The notes below the pieces were generated by a model. It searched no databases. It worked only from the letters and a program-made list of their open reading frames with translations, and had not been told where the DNA came from. Below, piece by piece: positions 20,355 to 33,400 of a stretch of 41,119 bases of DNA (the stretch's first letter is position 1; the number at the start of each line of letters is the position of its first letter). The position numbers were made by a program, and so were the translations under genes. This stretch comes from Paraphysomonas bandaiensis. Its lineage: Eukaryota > Protista > Chrysophyceae. The stretch lies in contig CBFFRP010000061.1 in the NCBI GenBank assembly GCA_965644295.1, positions 1 through 41,119 on the forward strand. Direction: 5' to 3'.

Positions 20355-21730
20355 CTAATATATGTATAGGTGGAAAAATTTAATTTTGGCCCTTTTTGGC
20401 CCTCGGCCCGCTAGGGCCCTCGGCCCGCATTTGGCCCTCTACTACAACTAACAATAATAACAATAATTCTTAATTAAAAACACACACAACACACACTACA
20501 ACCACAAGCAACAATAACGCACAAAGCAAAGGGCAGTATTACGCACAAAGCAAAGGGTCAAATTTAGCAAGAGTTATTAATATCTTAAGCAAGAGCAACT
20601 TTATACCAAAACATTTTTCGGAGCTGGGGGCTCCCCACGCTTCGACTCTACGAGCCGGCGTCCACTGCCCCCAGGCCCCCGCCCCTAAACAACGCCGGGG
20701 CCGGCCCCACCGGCCCTATTCCGGCGTTTGGCGCCGGTCTGAGCCCTGCCGGCGGCAACACAGCATGTCTCAATCTCCTCGGTGAAAGCACAGTCTTCGG
20801 CTGTCACTGTAGACTCCTTGCCACATCCAGTGTATTTCACTATCTCCTCAATTGAAATACAATCATCAGTGGGTACATCGACAACATATCCATTCTGCAG
20901 TCGGCACTGCTCGCGATAGCCAACGATGGACCCCTCGTAAAATCCAACTCTCACCACCTCGTACATGCACCCATCCTCAGGATCATAGTGGCTCTTCCCA
21001 ATCAAAAACTTGTATTGGTTGAGCTGCGCAAACTTAGTCCTTTGGACTGACCTGTCCATTTCAAATGCAGCGTAGTCCTCTGGCAATGTGAATTGCTGGA
21101 ATGGCAGATGTTTCGGCCGGGATGCATGACCCCTGAGAATTTTGTTTCGAAGTTCGACGTATTCTTGACTTAGCTTCCGAATAGTACTCACATATAACAC
21201 CACGGAAGGATGCGCAGTGGGAAAAGCCTCGTTCAGCTTTCTGTTAAACCTTTCCAGTGGATTGTTGGTTCTATTAATCAAGCGGGATGTTGATGACTCG
21301 TCTGTTACAATGCCATGCACATTCCAATCATTAGGATCGTACGAGAGCATCCAGGTCTTCACGAAGTATTTCCAGAATATGTCAAACTTGGCTCGGTGAA
21401 CACCTTCGTCAAAATGTTGGCGCACATATGGTATCCCTTTAGGCTCAATATCTTCAATAGGAATTGTTAATAGAATCGCCTGCTTGATGACAAAATTATT
21501 AATGAATTTGTATTAAGTTTTCAAAAAGTCGAAATTAAAAACTAATCACATTAGTTTTTTCAAAACTCGAAATCTTTAAAAGACAATAACTGAAATAATA
21601 TAACAAATCAAAATCTTCAGGAGGCAAAAACTGAAAAAAATTAATTTTAGAGGGCCCGCGGGGGGCCGCGGGCCCGCGAGGGCCGAGGGCCCTGGCGGGC
21701 CGCAAAAAAACCTTATCGTATAGGTATAGG
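20355..21730 (-). mobile_element. Internally deleted Mutator-like (MULE) DNA transposon with GC-rich imperfect inverted repeats
   Basis: Left arm GGCCCTCGGCCCGCTAGGGCCCTCGGCCC...GGCCCTCTA (~20388-20441) is the inverse of TAGAGGGCCC...GGGCCGAGGGCCCTGGCGGGCCG (~21648-21702). Exact termini and TSD not resolved. Confidence 0.7.
20685..21490 (-). pseudogene. C-terminal part of a MULE transposase plus an extra C-terminal domain
   Basis: KGIPYVR, FWKYFVKTWM...WNV, NRTNNPLERFNRKLN...HPS are typical of MULE transposase C-termini; the N-terminal DD part is missing. Confidence 0.78.
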
Positions 21731-22089
21731 AATGTGGCCCACAAGCAAAATGAAGCTGGGTTTACTGGAGTGTTACTATGCTTCGGACTGTTGGAATACG
21801 TATGGTTCTCTAAGATAGTACTGTAGAATACGTTAAATACAATGTGAAAAGCAGTAATACGTAGTCAATAGTCTAAGGTGCTATATAGCTAGAACTGTGA
21901 AACTGAAGTATTATATCATGACGATTCAAGATACGGAAGTTGAGCAGTGGTTGACATGAACGTAATAATTTATCATGTTGTTGACATATGTTTCACGACA
22001 ACGCACACAATTGTGTATACAATTATAATAACGTAATCTATCTAGTTTGACTAACTTAAACTTCTCTTGAAACGATCTTAATCATCTGA

Positions 22090-23691
22090 AAATGGTCAAT
22101 ACTCAATATGGTAGCGAATGCGGAGGAGAGAAGGAGGATAGAGCTGATGTTCCATGGTTCGACGAGAGCAACGTTGAGTAATGGATCGAAGACTTTGAGA
22201 CGTTCCTTATATGAGAAAGGAGCAGAGTGAGGTGGCTCTAGAAAGGCCACCAGAGGAAGAGGATTTCGGAATTCAACCCCTGAACAGTCTTGAGACCAAG
22301 TCCTACAAGGAAGCAGTGGACAACTATTGGAAGGCGAATGCAATTGCCTACTCATCATACTGCAGAGAGGCGGTGAAGCGATCTCCGAAGGCTTTGCAGA
22401 AGTTTCATCTGAAGCACAAGGAGTTTAAGGCAGCTGAAGGAAGGATTAACAAGTTCAGCGCCAGAGAGATGGTTAGCACTCTGAAATCGTGTTTTGAAGG
22501 AGGAAAACAAAACAAGATTATAGTGTTCTGCTCGCTCAGTTTGGATCATTCAAGATGAAGCCAGGGGAGACCGCAAAAGAGTATGTACTGCGTTTTGAGC
22601 TGCTTCTCCGTGAACTTCAGGCGCATAACCAAACGGTAACGGAAGAATCAAAAATTAGTAGGCTGAAGGAGGGAATTATCAGTGATGAATATGACGGTTT
22701 GAATTATGCTCTGTATTTAATGCCTGATGATGTACCATACGAATTGTTATCCAAACGTATCGAACAGTTCGACGACACCAAGTATTGGAGGAAAATCATA
22801 GAGAATAAGCGCAAGAGCACGGAGGAGCTGAATCATATTGAAAAGCCTCGAAAGAAAGAGAGAGTATCTACAAAGAGGATGTGTTCTTATTGCTCTAAGA
22901 AAGGTATAATACACAATCATAATACAGAACAATAATGTAGGAAGAAAAAGGGGGAAACGAAGGGACAAAGACCGGGCAGTAAGGAATATACAGGATGCAG
23001 AGTATGCATATCCAAAAACCATCGCGCGAACGAATGTCCCCGAAATTCCACTGGAAAGACAAAGAAACCCCAGAAATCTGGGAAAGTCTTCACGTTCGAA
23101 AATATCCGCAGAGGAGGAACCGAGTCTGACTCTGAGTCCGAAGCGAAAATGATTTATGACTGCGCTGTTGATATATATGCTAAAAGTTATGCATGTTGTA
23201 TGATTGAAAATGACCACTACTATACATACATAGATACATGCTACTCATCGTCTATGTTTTTGATAAATTAAATGATCAGCAAATACTCGATGAATCAATT
23301 CCATCAGATAGAGTTATCAGAGGCTCCAAGAAAGGACCTGTGATCAAAGTAATGGCAACAGGAAGGGCAAACGACTGGAAGGGTATCGAATACTCCAAAG
23401 ACATCAACCGGTTTCTGTGTTCGGGAAAACGTTTGAACGATATGAGTTATGAGTAGTTCATCGTTTTTGGAATGGAATTTGAATTGTGGATCACAACACT
23501 GGAGCGACCGTATTGGAGGGACCCATCCATCATGCTTTAATGGTATATATATTTATGACTGAGGTCCCTACGCAGAACTTACTGAGTCTGCCAGATGTAT
23601 CCAGCTGTAGTAGGGGTGCACCAGAAGCAAATTTGACTGATGAGTTGGAGCTGCTGCATATAGGAGAGTGAGCCATTTCAACAAAGCTATA
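22090..23691 (+). pseudogene. Decayed Ty1/copia element (copia-2): gag, zinc knuckles, protease, start of GAG-pre-integrase; cut by the gypsy A' LTR
   Basis: MKPGETAKEYVLRFELLLRELQAHNQTVTEESKISRLKEG, CSYCSKKG, GCRVCISKNHRANEC, YIDTC, DELELLH; colinear with copia-1; several stops and frameshifts. Confidence 0.8.
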
Positions 23692-24785
23692 TATGCAAAA
23701 CTTAGGTTTTGAAACCTAAGATCACTGAAAAGAAATGCGCTTGTTTGTCGAAACAAGAAAACAGAATGCTTATTTAACTTATCACAGCCAGAAATACAAG
23801 CTCCCAAGTACCTCGCAACCTTAAGATCCCAAAAGGCATATCGATTAACTTAGCTATGATTAGTTAGATATAAAAAGAGAGTGAGAAGAAGACAAGACGG
23901 ACAGACCCCTAGTCACAAGACTCTCCTCCTCATACACGGAACATTGAATACAACCACAACCGTACAATATGCTCACACATGTACTACACCACATACGATT
24001 CATATCCTACATCGTTTATAGTCAAAAACGCCCTGAAATACGCCTAAATAGGTCTTTCCCCCAAAACCGCCGGTTTTTGAGTCCAAAAACCCAAAAATCC
24101 CCAATTTTAGATTGAGTCGCAAAAAACCAAGATCCCCAAGTCTAGAGTCTTGTATTTTCGAGACATATATAAAACCACCAATTTATGAACCACAAAAAAC
24201 TCAAAAATGGCAGTATTCGAATCACCAAAAAATTGCAATCTCATTTCATGGCAATATTATAATCTCATTCCAACCGTTAAATGCATAATACATATCAACT
24301 GTGCACAATATTCACAGAGAATGTTACACATTCATACTTGTACCAAATTATCCCCCATGCCATCCTTACGCATCAGACCTAAGGGCTCTTATCAATTTGT
24401 GCACCGACCTGAGAAATTCTATGGTGAGTATATCAGTGAGAAAATATTCGTATATCGGAGTCCGGAACGATGAGTACGCTCACAGAGTTACTCAAAACCA
24501 TCAAAGGACTTCTCATACCAATGTGTGGTTAACGAATATCAAGACAAAATTACCAAACTGTACTCTAAACTCCAGTAAGCCGCTTCGTCGTCAATGTCTT
24601 CTCTCTTGTAATAATAAAACAAACTACTACATTCATTCACTTCGTTTGCATTATAAACCAAGCTACACAACATCATCCTACATAATAATATACCTATTGT
24701 TATATTGTAATGATTATCATAATATATATCATAGTGACATCATTAAACATTGTCAAAGGGTGTTATAAAAGCCCACGTTATTACA
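23692..24785 (-). repeat. 3' LTR of a diverged family A relative (A')
   Basis: Reverse complement matches the gypsy A LTR at both ends (TGTAA...GTGGGCTTTTATAACACCC; ...CAGTGATCTTAGGTT...CATA). PPT GGGGGAGAAAGGGTAA lies immediately outside 24785. Confidence 0.9.
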
Positions 24786-24818
24786 TTACCCTTTCTCCCC
24801 CCTCCAGATGCCGTGTAG

Positions 24819-26122
24819 CTACTCCTGAATAATTTTGGGATAAGCCGCAGCGTGCGACGCATCAACCAAAATCATGCAATCAGGGTCAAAAACAATAGAC
24901 CAAATAGTTGTCGAAGACATAGTTGGAACCGTTGAGATTAAAACGGGCGCTAATCTTGCGTTTGGAATTCTTGTGATACCAATGGGTGTACTTGAATTCC
25001 ATGACATACGCGGCCGTAGAATAATCCGGTAAACCAAGACTCTCGTACCACATAGAACCTGAGGTCAACATAGACAGTATCTCCAACGGATTCTGTTGTG
25101 ATATTCTCTTTCCTCATTGAAGAGATAAAACGCTCCGCCGTAAACGAGTCGTACGCGAGGTGTTGCAAGTAAGGCCTGGACTCACAGAAATCATAATATA
25201 TGCCTCACACTGAATATCCGGTGTCCATGGAATGTCCAAGATATCGCCGTCCGCATACTTCACCTTGAAGACCATCGTAGATTTGGTTCGTGAATCTCCC
25301 GTATATAAAGGAATCTCCTCCACCTTAAATTGCTCATGGTCTCGCATCGCCGCTTCAATAGCTGATTCCTTCTTATCTCCGAAAAATGGCTCAAGACCAG
25401 AGACACAGACAGTATTCCCGAATTCCCCCGGTAAGAAGATTTGAATTTGATAATCATTCTTGTATTGCCGTACCACTTCGAAAAGACCCTTCCTCCTCGA
25501 GGATAATTTCGAATGTAGTTTAGCACCAGCGTCGAACATAACAAAATCGCCTGTGGACAATACTGGTTTTGTTTGGCAGGATCCAAACCCGCTTCCGCTC
25601 GTTTCTGTACTAGAGACTTCTGGTAGTCTGCTGATATCTGGCGAACTAGAGCTAAGTAATCGTTCAGCCTTTTCAACAGCTGATGAGACGGATCATTGTC
25701 TCTCCCTTGGGCAGCCAAAAGGTTCTTATAGATAGAATCCTGGGACCCAAACGTCAGTTCGAATGCAGAATACCCCGCCTCACTACTCTCGTGGGTATTC
25801 AGAATGAACATGATAGTGGCAAGTAACAGTTCGCCCTCCAAAACAGCATCAGCCTCAATTCTCTTGTCAAAACAGATAGCCCGGATGTGACGAACCACTT
25901 CCTTAATAATACGCTCACATCCGTTGACATGCCTGTTGGCGATACTAAAAATATGACGGAGTCCTGACAACTTAACCAGTTCTGCGAATGAAAAGTTCTG
26001 ATTTGAGATCCGGACCCATATCTGATATAATCATATCCGTGAGCCCGTATGTACACCAGCATTTCCATACGGCTGTCATTCACCGCATATAAGTACACCA
26101 ATTTCGTAAACAAATTAACCAT
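24819..26122 (-). pseudogene. pol: Gypsy A' pol remnant (integrase core to C-terminus), frameshifted and 5'-truncated
   Basis: Near-identical peptides to gypsy A Pol (MVNLFTKLVYLYAV, FSIANRHVNGCERII, AAAYPKIIQE*) spread over several frames. Confidence 0.93.
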
Positions 26123-26659
26123 AAAGCAAACTATTTTCAAACTTGGGAAAAAATAATTCCCAAATATTTTCATTAAAATGATTTCTAGTTGAATATACAT
26201 ATTTTAAGATGAAAAAAGGATATACAGCAGCTTGAATGTTGATAAAAGTAAGGTAATATTATCAAGCTGTTTTTAGGTTCTTAACAAGTTTATTACTTTA
26301 TTGTTATTGTTGCATGCAAAATACAATAGACAATAATCATTAAACAATAATAATGATTGCAAGCTATCTTCTTTCTTCAATTTGCAGTTATCATCAATTA
26401 CTGAATTTTGATGAGCAAGCATAACAAGAGTACCTTCATCAACAAATTTCTTCAATCCCTTCGTTCTCCTCTGTAGTTCTTCTTAAGAACAACGTATGCT
26501 CAAGCAAAACAGAAACTGATCTATAACGTTTTAAAAGGATTTTAAGTGCACGCCAGCGGGCTGCTACACTGTTAAGCTCACCAGCGGGTGATGCTCCTCA
26601 ACTCAGACGCAAACCGCGAAAGAATTTAAATAAATCGTTATTTAAAACGTGTAATAGAA

Positions 26660-27640
26660 AAGTGAGTAACATGCTATACAACTCTACAGTAACACACACA
26701 TACAACATCATGTTCAGCATTTATTTCACTTCAGCACACAACACACCAGATCAGAAGTATTTTATCCGGTACGTATGTACAGCTTCAACACTCCGTGTAT
26801 ACACTGAAAGAGTAGAAACTGAATATGTAACTGAAAACTGAAAATACAAAAACACTCTGTACGTGTTAGAGAGTACAACAGAAGAGTAACATATAATACT
26901 ACTACCAACGCAGAAAATAACCAGTACTGCGTTACACTACCCTCTTCCCCCCCAGCTGAAGAAATTAGATTATGAATACAGACTGTGATTCTTGTCTTCA
27001 AATACTTAAATCGGCCATTCTAAGTATAAACAAACAAAATCATATTTAAACAGATATTGAGAATAAACTAGATAGACAAGGTAGTACTATAATAGAAATA
27101 AAACAATATTGGAAATATTATCATATATAATAGAAGAATAAAACCTGTTTACAAGAGTATATCAGGAAAACTCTTGCAAAACTCCGCATTGACAAGCACC
27201 ATAGTACATGAATTAAAGTCAAAGCATAGTCCATAGCAGTAAACATCATACGCACTACTCCATTCATATGCACTATCGAATAGTGGACAGTATAAATCGA
27301 TGCGTAGACGGCGTTTGCCCATCGTTTATAACGGCATAATACTACATAGTTTGTGACATATAATAGCAATCCGGTAATGATAATGCGTCGTAGAAATCTG
27401 CTCCCCAAGCTCGTATGTTGATATACACCTCTTGGCCTGGTTGAACTCCATCAATCTGCTGTTTCCGCATTCGTAGTCGCTGTTCTTTATAGCTTCCTTA
27501 GCAGAAAATAAAAGTGGAAACAACGCAGGAACGTCTTTACAATACTGCTGAAAAGCCCGTGCGGTTGCAAGATCAGAATTATATGGAATCCACACTTGTG
27601 AATCATCACTACAGGGAGGATTCGAAATAAACGACAGTCT
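26660..27640 (-). mobile_element. Remnant of a third related gypsy family (C): Pol C-terminal extension, PPT and LTR start
   Basis: About 27640-27300 encodes VWIPYNSDL...FQQYCKDVPALFPL...VQPGQEVYINIRAWGADFYDALSLPD...NYVVLCRYKRW, homologous to the A/B Pol tails. PPT GGGGGGAAGAGGGTAG (26937-26953) is followed by TGTAACGC at 26936. The far LTR end was not found, so the left coordinate is approximate. Confidence 0.7.
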
Positions 27641-28719
27641 GATGTATGCTAAGTTAAGCTAGTTAGCTAGCTAGATGCTCTAGATTGATTCATATGAACA
27701 CTAATATAAAATGCTATCTTGAAATACATGGGCGTTGCTTATTCTAATTTACTTGTACAGTTATACATAAATTACCCAAAAAAATCATGATTTTTACGAT
27801 ATATATATATATATATGACACAATTTTGAAAATAGCATATCTATACGAAATAATCGAATTAAAACTAACGTCATCCACAGCGCAAACAAAACACAATGAC
27901 ATAACAGTGACTATTCTGCGGTAATATTTATATCTTTCGATACATATATCGCGTAAATAGATATACAAGTACAACTAAGCCAATATCAGATATATGTATT
28001 CCCGATATAAAAAAATTTCAAGAAAATTGAATGAAAATGATAAAAATGATATTGCACCTGTGTAAAGTGCTAAAAAAGCTATCTTGATCCGACTTCCCGT
28101 TGCTTATTTGAATTTTCTCCGATTTCTACATATCACCAAAAATTACGTCAAATATATGCTATACGCACAGACAGGTATATAGATACAAGCATCACACAGA
28201 CCTTTATACTGCCTCCTTACAATTCCTTCTTCTGGTACTGATCCCACTAACACTACTGGACTCTATTTCATCTTCTGGTAGCCATTCCTCATAAATGAAG
28301 AACGATTAGATGGTCATAAGTCGATGTAACCGCCAAACCTGTTGAAATATCGTAAAAGTCGATTTAAGTTGAGTTTATGATACGCATTGCAATAATTAGT
28401 GTAGTAGATGTAAAGAGAACATGTTTGCAATGACATTTAATAAAATTTTATCAATTACAGATCAAAAAATGTTGAACGAAGCGGTTACATTATACATAAT
28501 ATATGTGCACTATGTGCTATACAATACAAAGGTGTTATTGACTAATTAAAGTACTTACAATCGACAATCAACCGAACTTCTGTCACGTTTTCCAGTAAAA
28601 ATAGATGCAGAATATACTGCACCAGTGTCTGTCAACTCCTGATTGCATAGAAATGAATGAGGAATAACAATATGTATTATTATGTATATATACTACCTTC
28701 ATATATTATCGCAACTGGT

Positions 28720-29091
28720 ACTGCAGGATTGTTCGAACACCGTCATTATCGACCTCTGAACCTCAGACATCCCTCTGCCGCTGTAAGTGAACTGTACAAC
28801 AACCTAGCTGATATTAGGGTTCTTCACCAAAGCACCAATCTCACTCCTGCGGTACAACTTCATTAGCATTTGTACCGTCGTTGCTACAGAGCAAATCTTA
28901 TATAGGTAAAACTTCAGTGTCATATCGAAAAATAGAGGTGAAAGGTGCGAAGTTCTTTGCTGTGGGAACAGTAGCCCTCTCTGATACAGCTCAACGAATT
29001 GATAGACTGACAGCACTGAGCCTTTATACTTCACTACTTCGGGGTCTCTCCTCCCACTCATCGGCTATGGTGCCTATGAGTGTCAATGACT
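28720..29091 (-). pseudogene. Possible gag remnant of family C, interrupted by the gypsy B insertion
   Basis: GSVLSVYQFVELYQRGLLF...TVQMLMKL weakly parallels gypsy A Gag TKVLSKVEFIETLRYALRY...TFTIMMEA; same strand as, and upstream of, the family C pol remnant. Confidence 0.35.
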
Positions 29092-30115
29092 TATGACGCA
29101 ACCCGGTTTGATAACCAGAATCACGGCTCGCAGTACAGGTATACCACACAAACACGCAAGTGTAAGAACAATGTATTATTAATGCTATGACTACTCTAAG
29201 CAATAACCTAATGCCCAGTTAGTGATTTCCGCCAGAAATCACCACGCAGGTAACACCGCCAGTGCAACAAGATCGTTGGCACCAAGCACTTCGGTTAAGC
29301 CTAAACAAGTGCATAACACCATAGCATACATGTTACACCCACTCCTACTCCTCAACAACATCACAACACCCTGCAACGTCATCACTACCCACAGAAACGT
29401 GTTTATTCTATAAACTGAATACACACAGCAACCTAGGAGTAACGTATAACCGCGTACTAATAGTACACTACATCCTACGTTTTACTTTCTACCTAAATAC
29501 CCATACAAAAACAGTATATCGCCACTTTGGTGTATTTTAGCATTCAAGAACCCAAAACCCCCAATATCCAGGTTATACGTAAATACAACCCTGCATACCA
29601 CGTATTGCATGTCACAATTGATTCCCCACTGAGTCTGGTATGAACACTCGTGCACCTCGAGTATATAATATCCATTCTCCGTTGATGTGATATGTACTTG
29701 CCCCCCTATAGGGTAGTATGGGTAATGCCAGTAAGTATTCCTATGGAAGTATACACTGCAACTGCTACACTGGAATACTGACCCACATAACTTTATTATA
29801 AATTTGTGGCAGGTTTCACATTGCGTGAAGTCACCATCAGCAGATCATAGTGTACATCCTCATCAGCAGATAAAAAGTGGACATCACACCTGAACGTTGA
29901 TTCCGTGTGTAAGTACATCACAGCTCATTACCCCATCCATCATCTTAATGAGTATAACATAGAATATGCATCCTAGACATGGTATAGGGTCCTGATAATA
30001 TAATGTTCTTGATATAGGGTCCTAAACTAATATCACAGGGTCCTGAATGGGCAATGCATGCAGTTCTGGTACTATAGCCACGTAGATAGGGCATAGGAAA
30101 TGCCACGTGGTCACA
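29092..30115 (-). repeat. Gypsy B 3' LTR (start either 30115 or 29927)
   Basis: The U5 end ...GCGTCATA is fixed by the repeat. Two PPT|TG candidates: AAGGGGGGGAGGCAG|TGTGA (30115) and GATGGGGTAA|TGAGC (29927). The partner LTR is cut by the window edge. Confidence 0.75.
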
Positions 30116-30418
30116 CTGCCTCCCCCCCTTCGTTTTTGTGAGAAATCCATGGTCGCACACATGTCAATGGGACTAGGTTTGAAATAGCCATCAAAACGAA
30201 CCACCATGGAGTATTATTATCATATTATAGATGTAATTCGGAGAATACTGAAAAATTTCACATCGTAAATTGTGGAGTAGGAACACTTTATACCGACTGA
30301 TTAACTTGTGGAAATTTGCTGGCAAAATCCTCGTCTACCAAGACCATTGTGGAAGAATCGAATTCTTTATGGGCAAAACAATGGATATGGTAATTATCAA
30401 GTCGGAAAGTTTGTTTAG

Positions 30419-33400
30419 TCAACACATTTTTAGTTGAGAGTATCCGTTTGGAACTTTATGATACCAATGTGTGAAGACAAAACGTGCCACATAAGTAATC
30501 AAATGAGAATCCGGTAACTCCAGGCTTTCATACCACAGGTCCCCGAAAACTCTTAAGTCTACATAAGCCTCATCACCTGGCTGAAAACTAGTGATAGGCT
30601 GTTTACGGATTTTTGCAATATATTCCTTTGCCTCTTTAACCGGATAAATAAGATGATATAAATATCTTTTCCTAGAACAGAAATCGGCATATGGAATAGA
30701 GTCAAAAATATCCTTACTGAATGGAATGTCACGAACATCACCATCCTGAAACTTCACAGTAAAAACTAGAGAGGTTCTGGTGTCTCTATCACCTCTGTAG
30801 TATAGAATCGTGTCAATCACATGCTGTTCATGGTCTCTGCAAGCCATGTTATACGCTGTGTCGTGATCGCCCGCAAAAAGTTTAACCTCACGCACATCGA
30901 CTTTCACAACTTGTCCTGTCACCAAATGTCTGCAATCAATGTCATTTTTATATTGAGATATGACTTTGAAAGGACCCATATAACGGTGAGACATCTTAGG
31001 ATGGACTTTAGCACCCTTGTCGAACAAAACAAGATCTCCCGGCTGATATCTGTTCTGCTTGTCGACCGGTATACCTTGGCTAGCCCGCTCTTGCACAAGA
31101 CGCTGTTGATAAGCATGCGAAGCTGCCCTGAGCTCACGAAGGTTATCATTAAAACGTTTAAGTCGTGCATGCGCATCCTGGGAAACAGAGTCAGTGTCCA
31201 CGTTAAAATAACGCTTGTCCTCCGATCCAAAAGTTAACTCAAATGGTGAGAATCCCGTCTCAGATGACACCTCAGAGTTAAGAATGTGTTGGACACTGGC
31301 GATCCAGCTAGGATCTTCAAAAACATCCTTGCGCTCTTGACGCTCGCTAGCATCATATACTAGAGCTCGTAGGTGACGTACTACCTCACCTATGATACGT
31401 TCTGAGCCATTCGCATGCCGGTTGGCTATACTGAACGTATGGCGCATTCCCATGTATTCCGTTAGCTGTTGGAATAGATCCGAAGTTAAATCCGGACCCT
31501 GGTCCGAAATCACGACGTCCGTGTGACCGTAATAGGACCAATACTTCCACACAGTATTCGCTAAATTCAAAGCCGTTACTCCTTTTACTGGTTCCAGAAA
31601 AACGAGCTTTGTGTGAAGGTTCACTATCACATTGATATGAGTGTAACCGTCCTTGCCATGTGGAGTAATCTCCACTGCATCAATTCCAATAGCACTGCGA
31701 GCCCCCGGTGGTTTTAGGTTGCGCACTATGGGAATAAGTGCTTCCTTCATGGCTAACCGGGTTTTCACGCAAGTTGGACAGTTGGATATATATTCTGCTA
31801 CTACCTGATATGGTATTCCATGCCCTGGAAAACGTTTATTGAGACGAATCCAAGTAGCTTTCCCTCCAAGATGACCTACGCGAGAGTTGTGTACCTCACG
31901 CAAGCATTCCTCACGAGATATATTCATGGAAGGTTGTTCTTGGTCACCGAGATCCGACGGGTCCATAAAATTTCCTAGGAATGAGAAATACTCAGAATCC
32001 TGACAGTCCTCTCCCAGAAAATAGGCATCATCCCACATAGAATCATCCAAGAACATGCCCGACAGATAAGCCAGTTGGTGTTCCCTGGATAACCAGTCTG
32101 CCAACCAATTCTGTGCTCCAGAAATATGTCGGATTTTAAAATTGAATGATTGCAAGAATATTCTCCATCTAACAATTTTTGGTACCTCAGACGCTTCCAT
32201 CCAGAGCAAATTGTTATGGTCAGTCTCTATAGTAAACTGTTTTCCAACTAAATAGTACGCTAATTGTTTAACCGAATAGTAGATACCATAGCCCTCCTGC
32301 TCTATAGTAGCCCATTTCATTGCTTGCTCTGAAAACTTTTTAGATATAAAGGCAATAGGTTGCAATTGAGCTTCTCCTGTTGGTAATATCTTCCGTTGAA
32401 GTAGTACCGAACCTATACCAAGCTCACTTGCATCCGTCCGTAAAATCCACTCTAACTCATAATCAGGGTAGAAGAGCTCACAAGCATCTTGTAAACCTTT
32501 TATGAAACGTTTGTACTCAGCTTCATAATCATGACGCCAAGTAGATTTATTCCAATTGAAAGATTTCTTAGTGAGGTCCGTTAAATGACCTACTAAGTCA
32601 GAATACTTTGGCGTGAAGCTGGAAAAGAAAACTCCCTTGCCTAGCAGAGATCTAGCTTGTTTAGTCGATGATGGCATGGGTATGTTTGCCAACGCTTCCT
32701 TTTTATCCGGACACACTTCATACGATTTGTGTTTGCATACATATCCGAAAAAATTAACTTTCTTAAAACCAAGCCAGCTCTTAGCCATTTTCAACTTGAT
32801 GTTTCTCTCCAGACATCTGTCAATAACTCGTTCCAACTTTTCATAAGCATCCTGGGGATCGTTGGCTAGTATTAGCATATTATCAAAGATAACGATAGCC
32901 CAGTCTGAAAAATCGGCAAATATCTCCCGAACCACCTCTTGCAGAACACCAGTAGCAGGCGCTATACCCTCTGGCATGAAATTAGGTGCAAACTGTCCCC
33001 ATGGCGTTTGAATGGACAATTTCTCGGAAGTTTCCTCATCTAAAGGTATTTGATGAAACGCATTTGTAAGATCTATATCCAAATAATATGGAAAATTAAT
33101 GATCTTGTCAAGTTCATGTTTGACATTGGGAATAGTGTAGTTTCCCACATGCATATGATCATTGATCTTAACGTAATCCCCACAAAATCGAATGTAAGGA
33201 GGTGTGGCCTTGGGCGCTACTACAAGACAAGAAGCCCATGGCGACCTACTCTTCCGGTAAAAATACCCACACAGACGACGAAATTCTTTCTCTGAGGCTT
33301 CCCATAGCTTCGGATTAATAGGCCTCGCCTTGGGTTTGATCCGATCCGGAAGTGTATCTTTCCACTTAATTTTTAAAGGTTCAACACCTTTTACACCAGA

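Noticed and set aside
21730-22090. 5' LTR and PBS of copia-2
   Set aside because: No partner repeat in the window and no convincing PBS, so boundaries cannot be supported.
26123-26660. Continuation of the family C LTR, or a gene fragment (ORF 26273-26455)
   Set aside because: No LTR end signature and no recognisable protein similarity.
27650-28700. Coding remnant in the AT-rich stretch between the family C fragments
   Set aside because: The minus-strand frames I translated (about 28140-28350) are stop-ridden with no recognisable motif, and the short tracked ORFs are uninformative.
30288-30460. Programmed frameshift near the end of gypsy B pol
   Set aside because: A single missing base in an A-run explains it and family A is continuous there; more likely a mutation or sequencing error.
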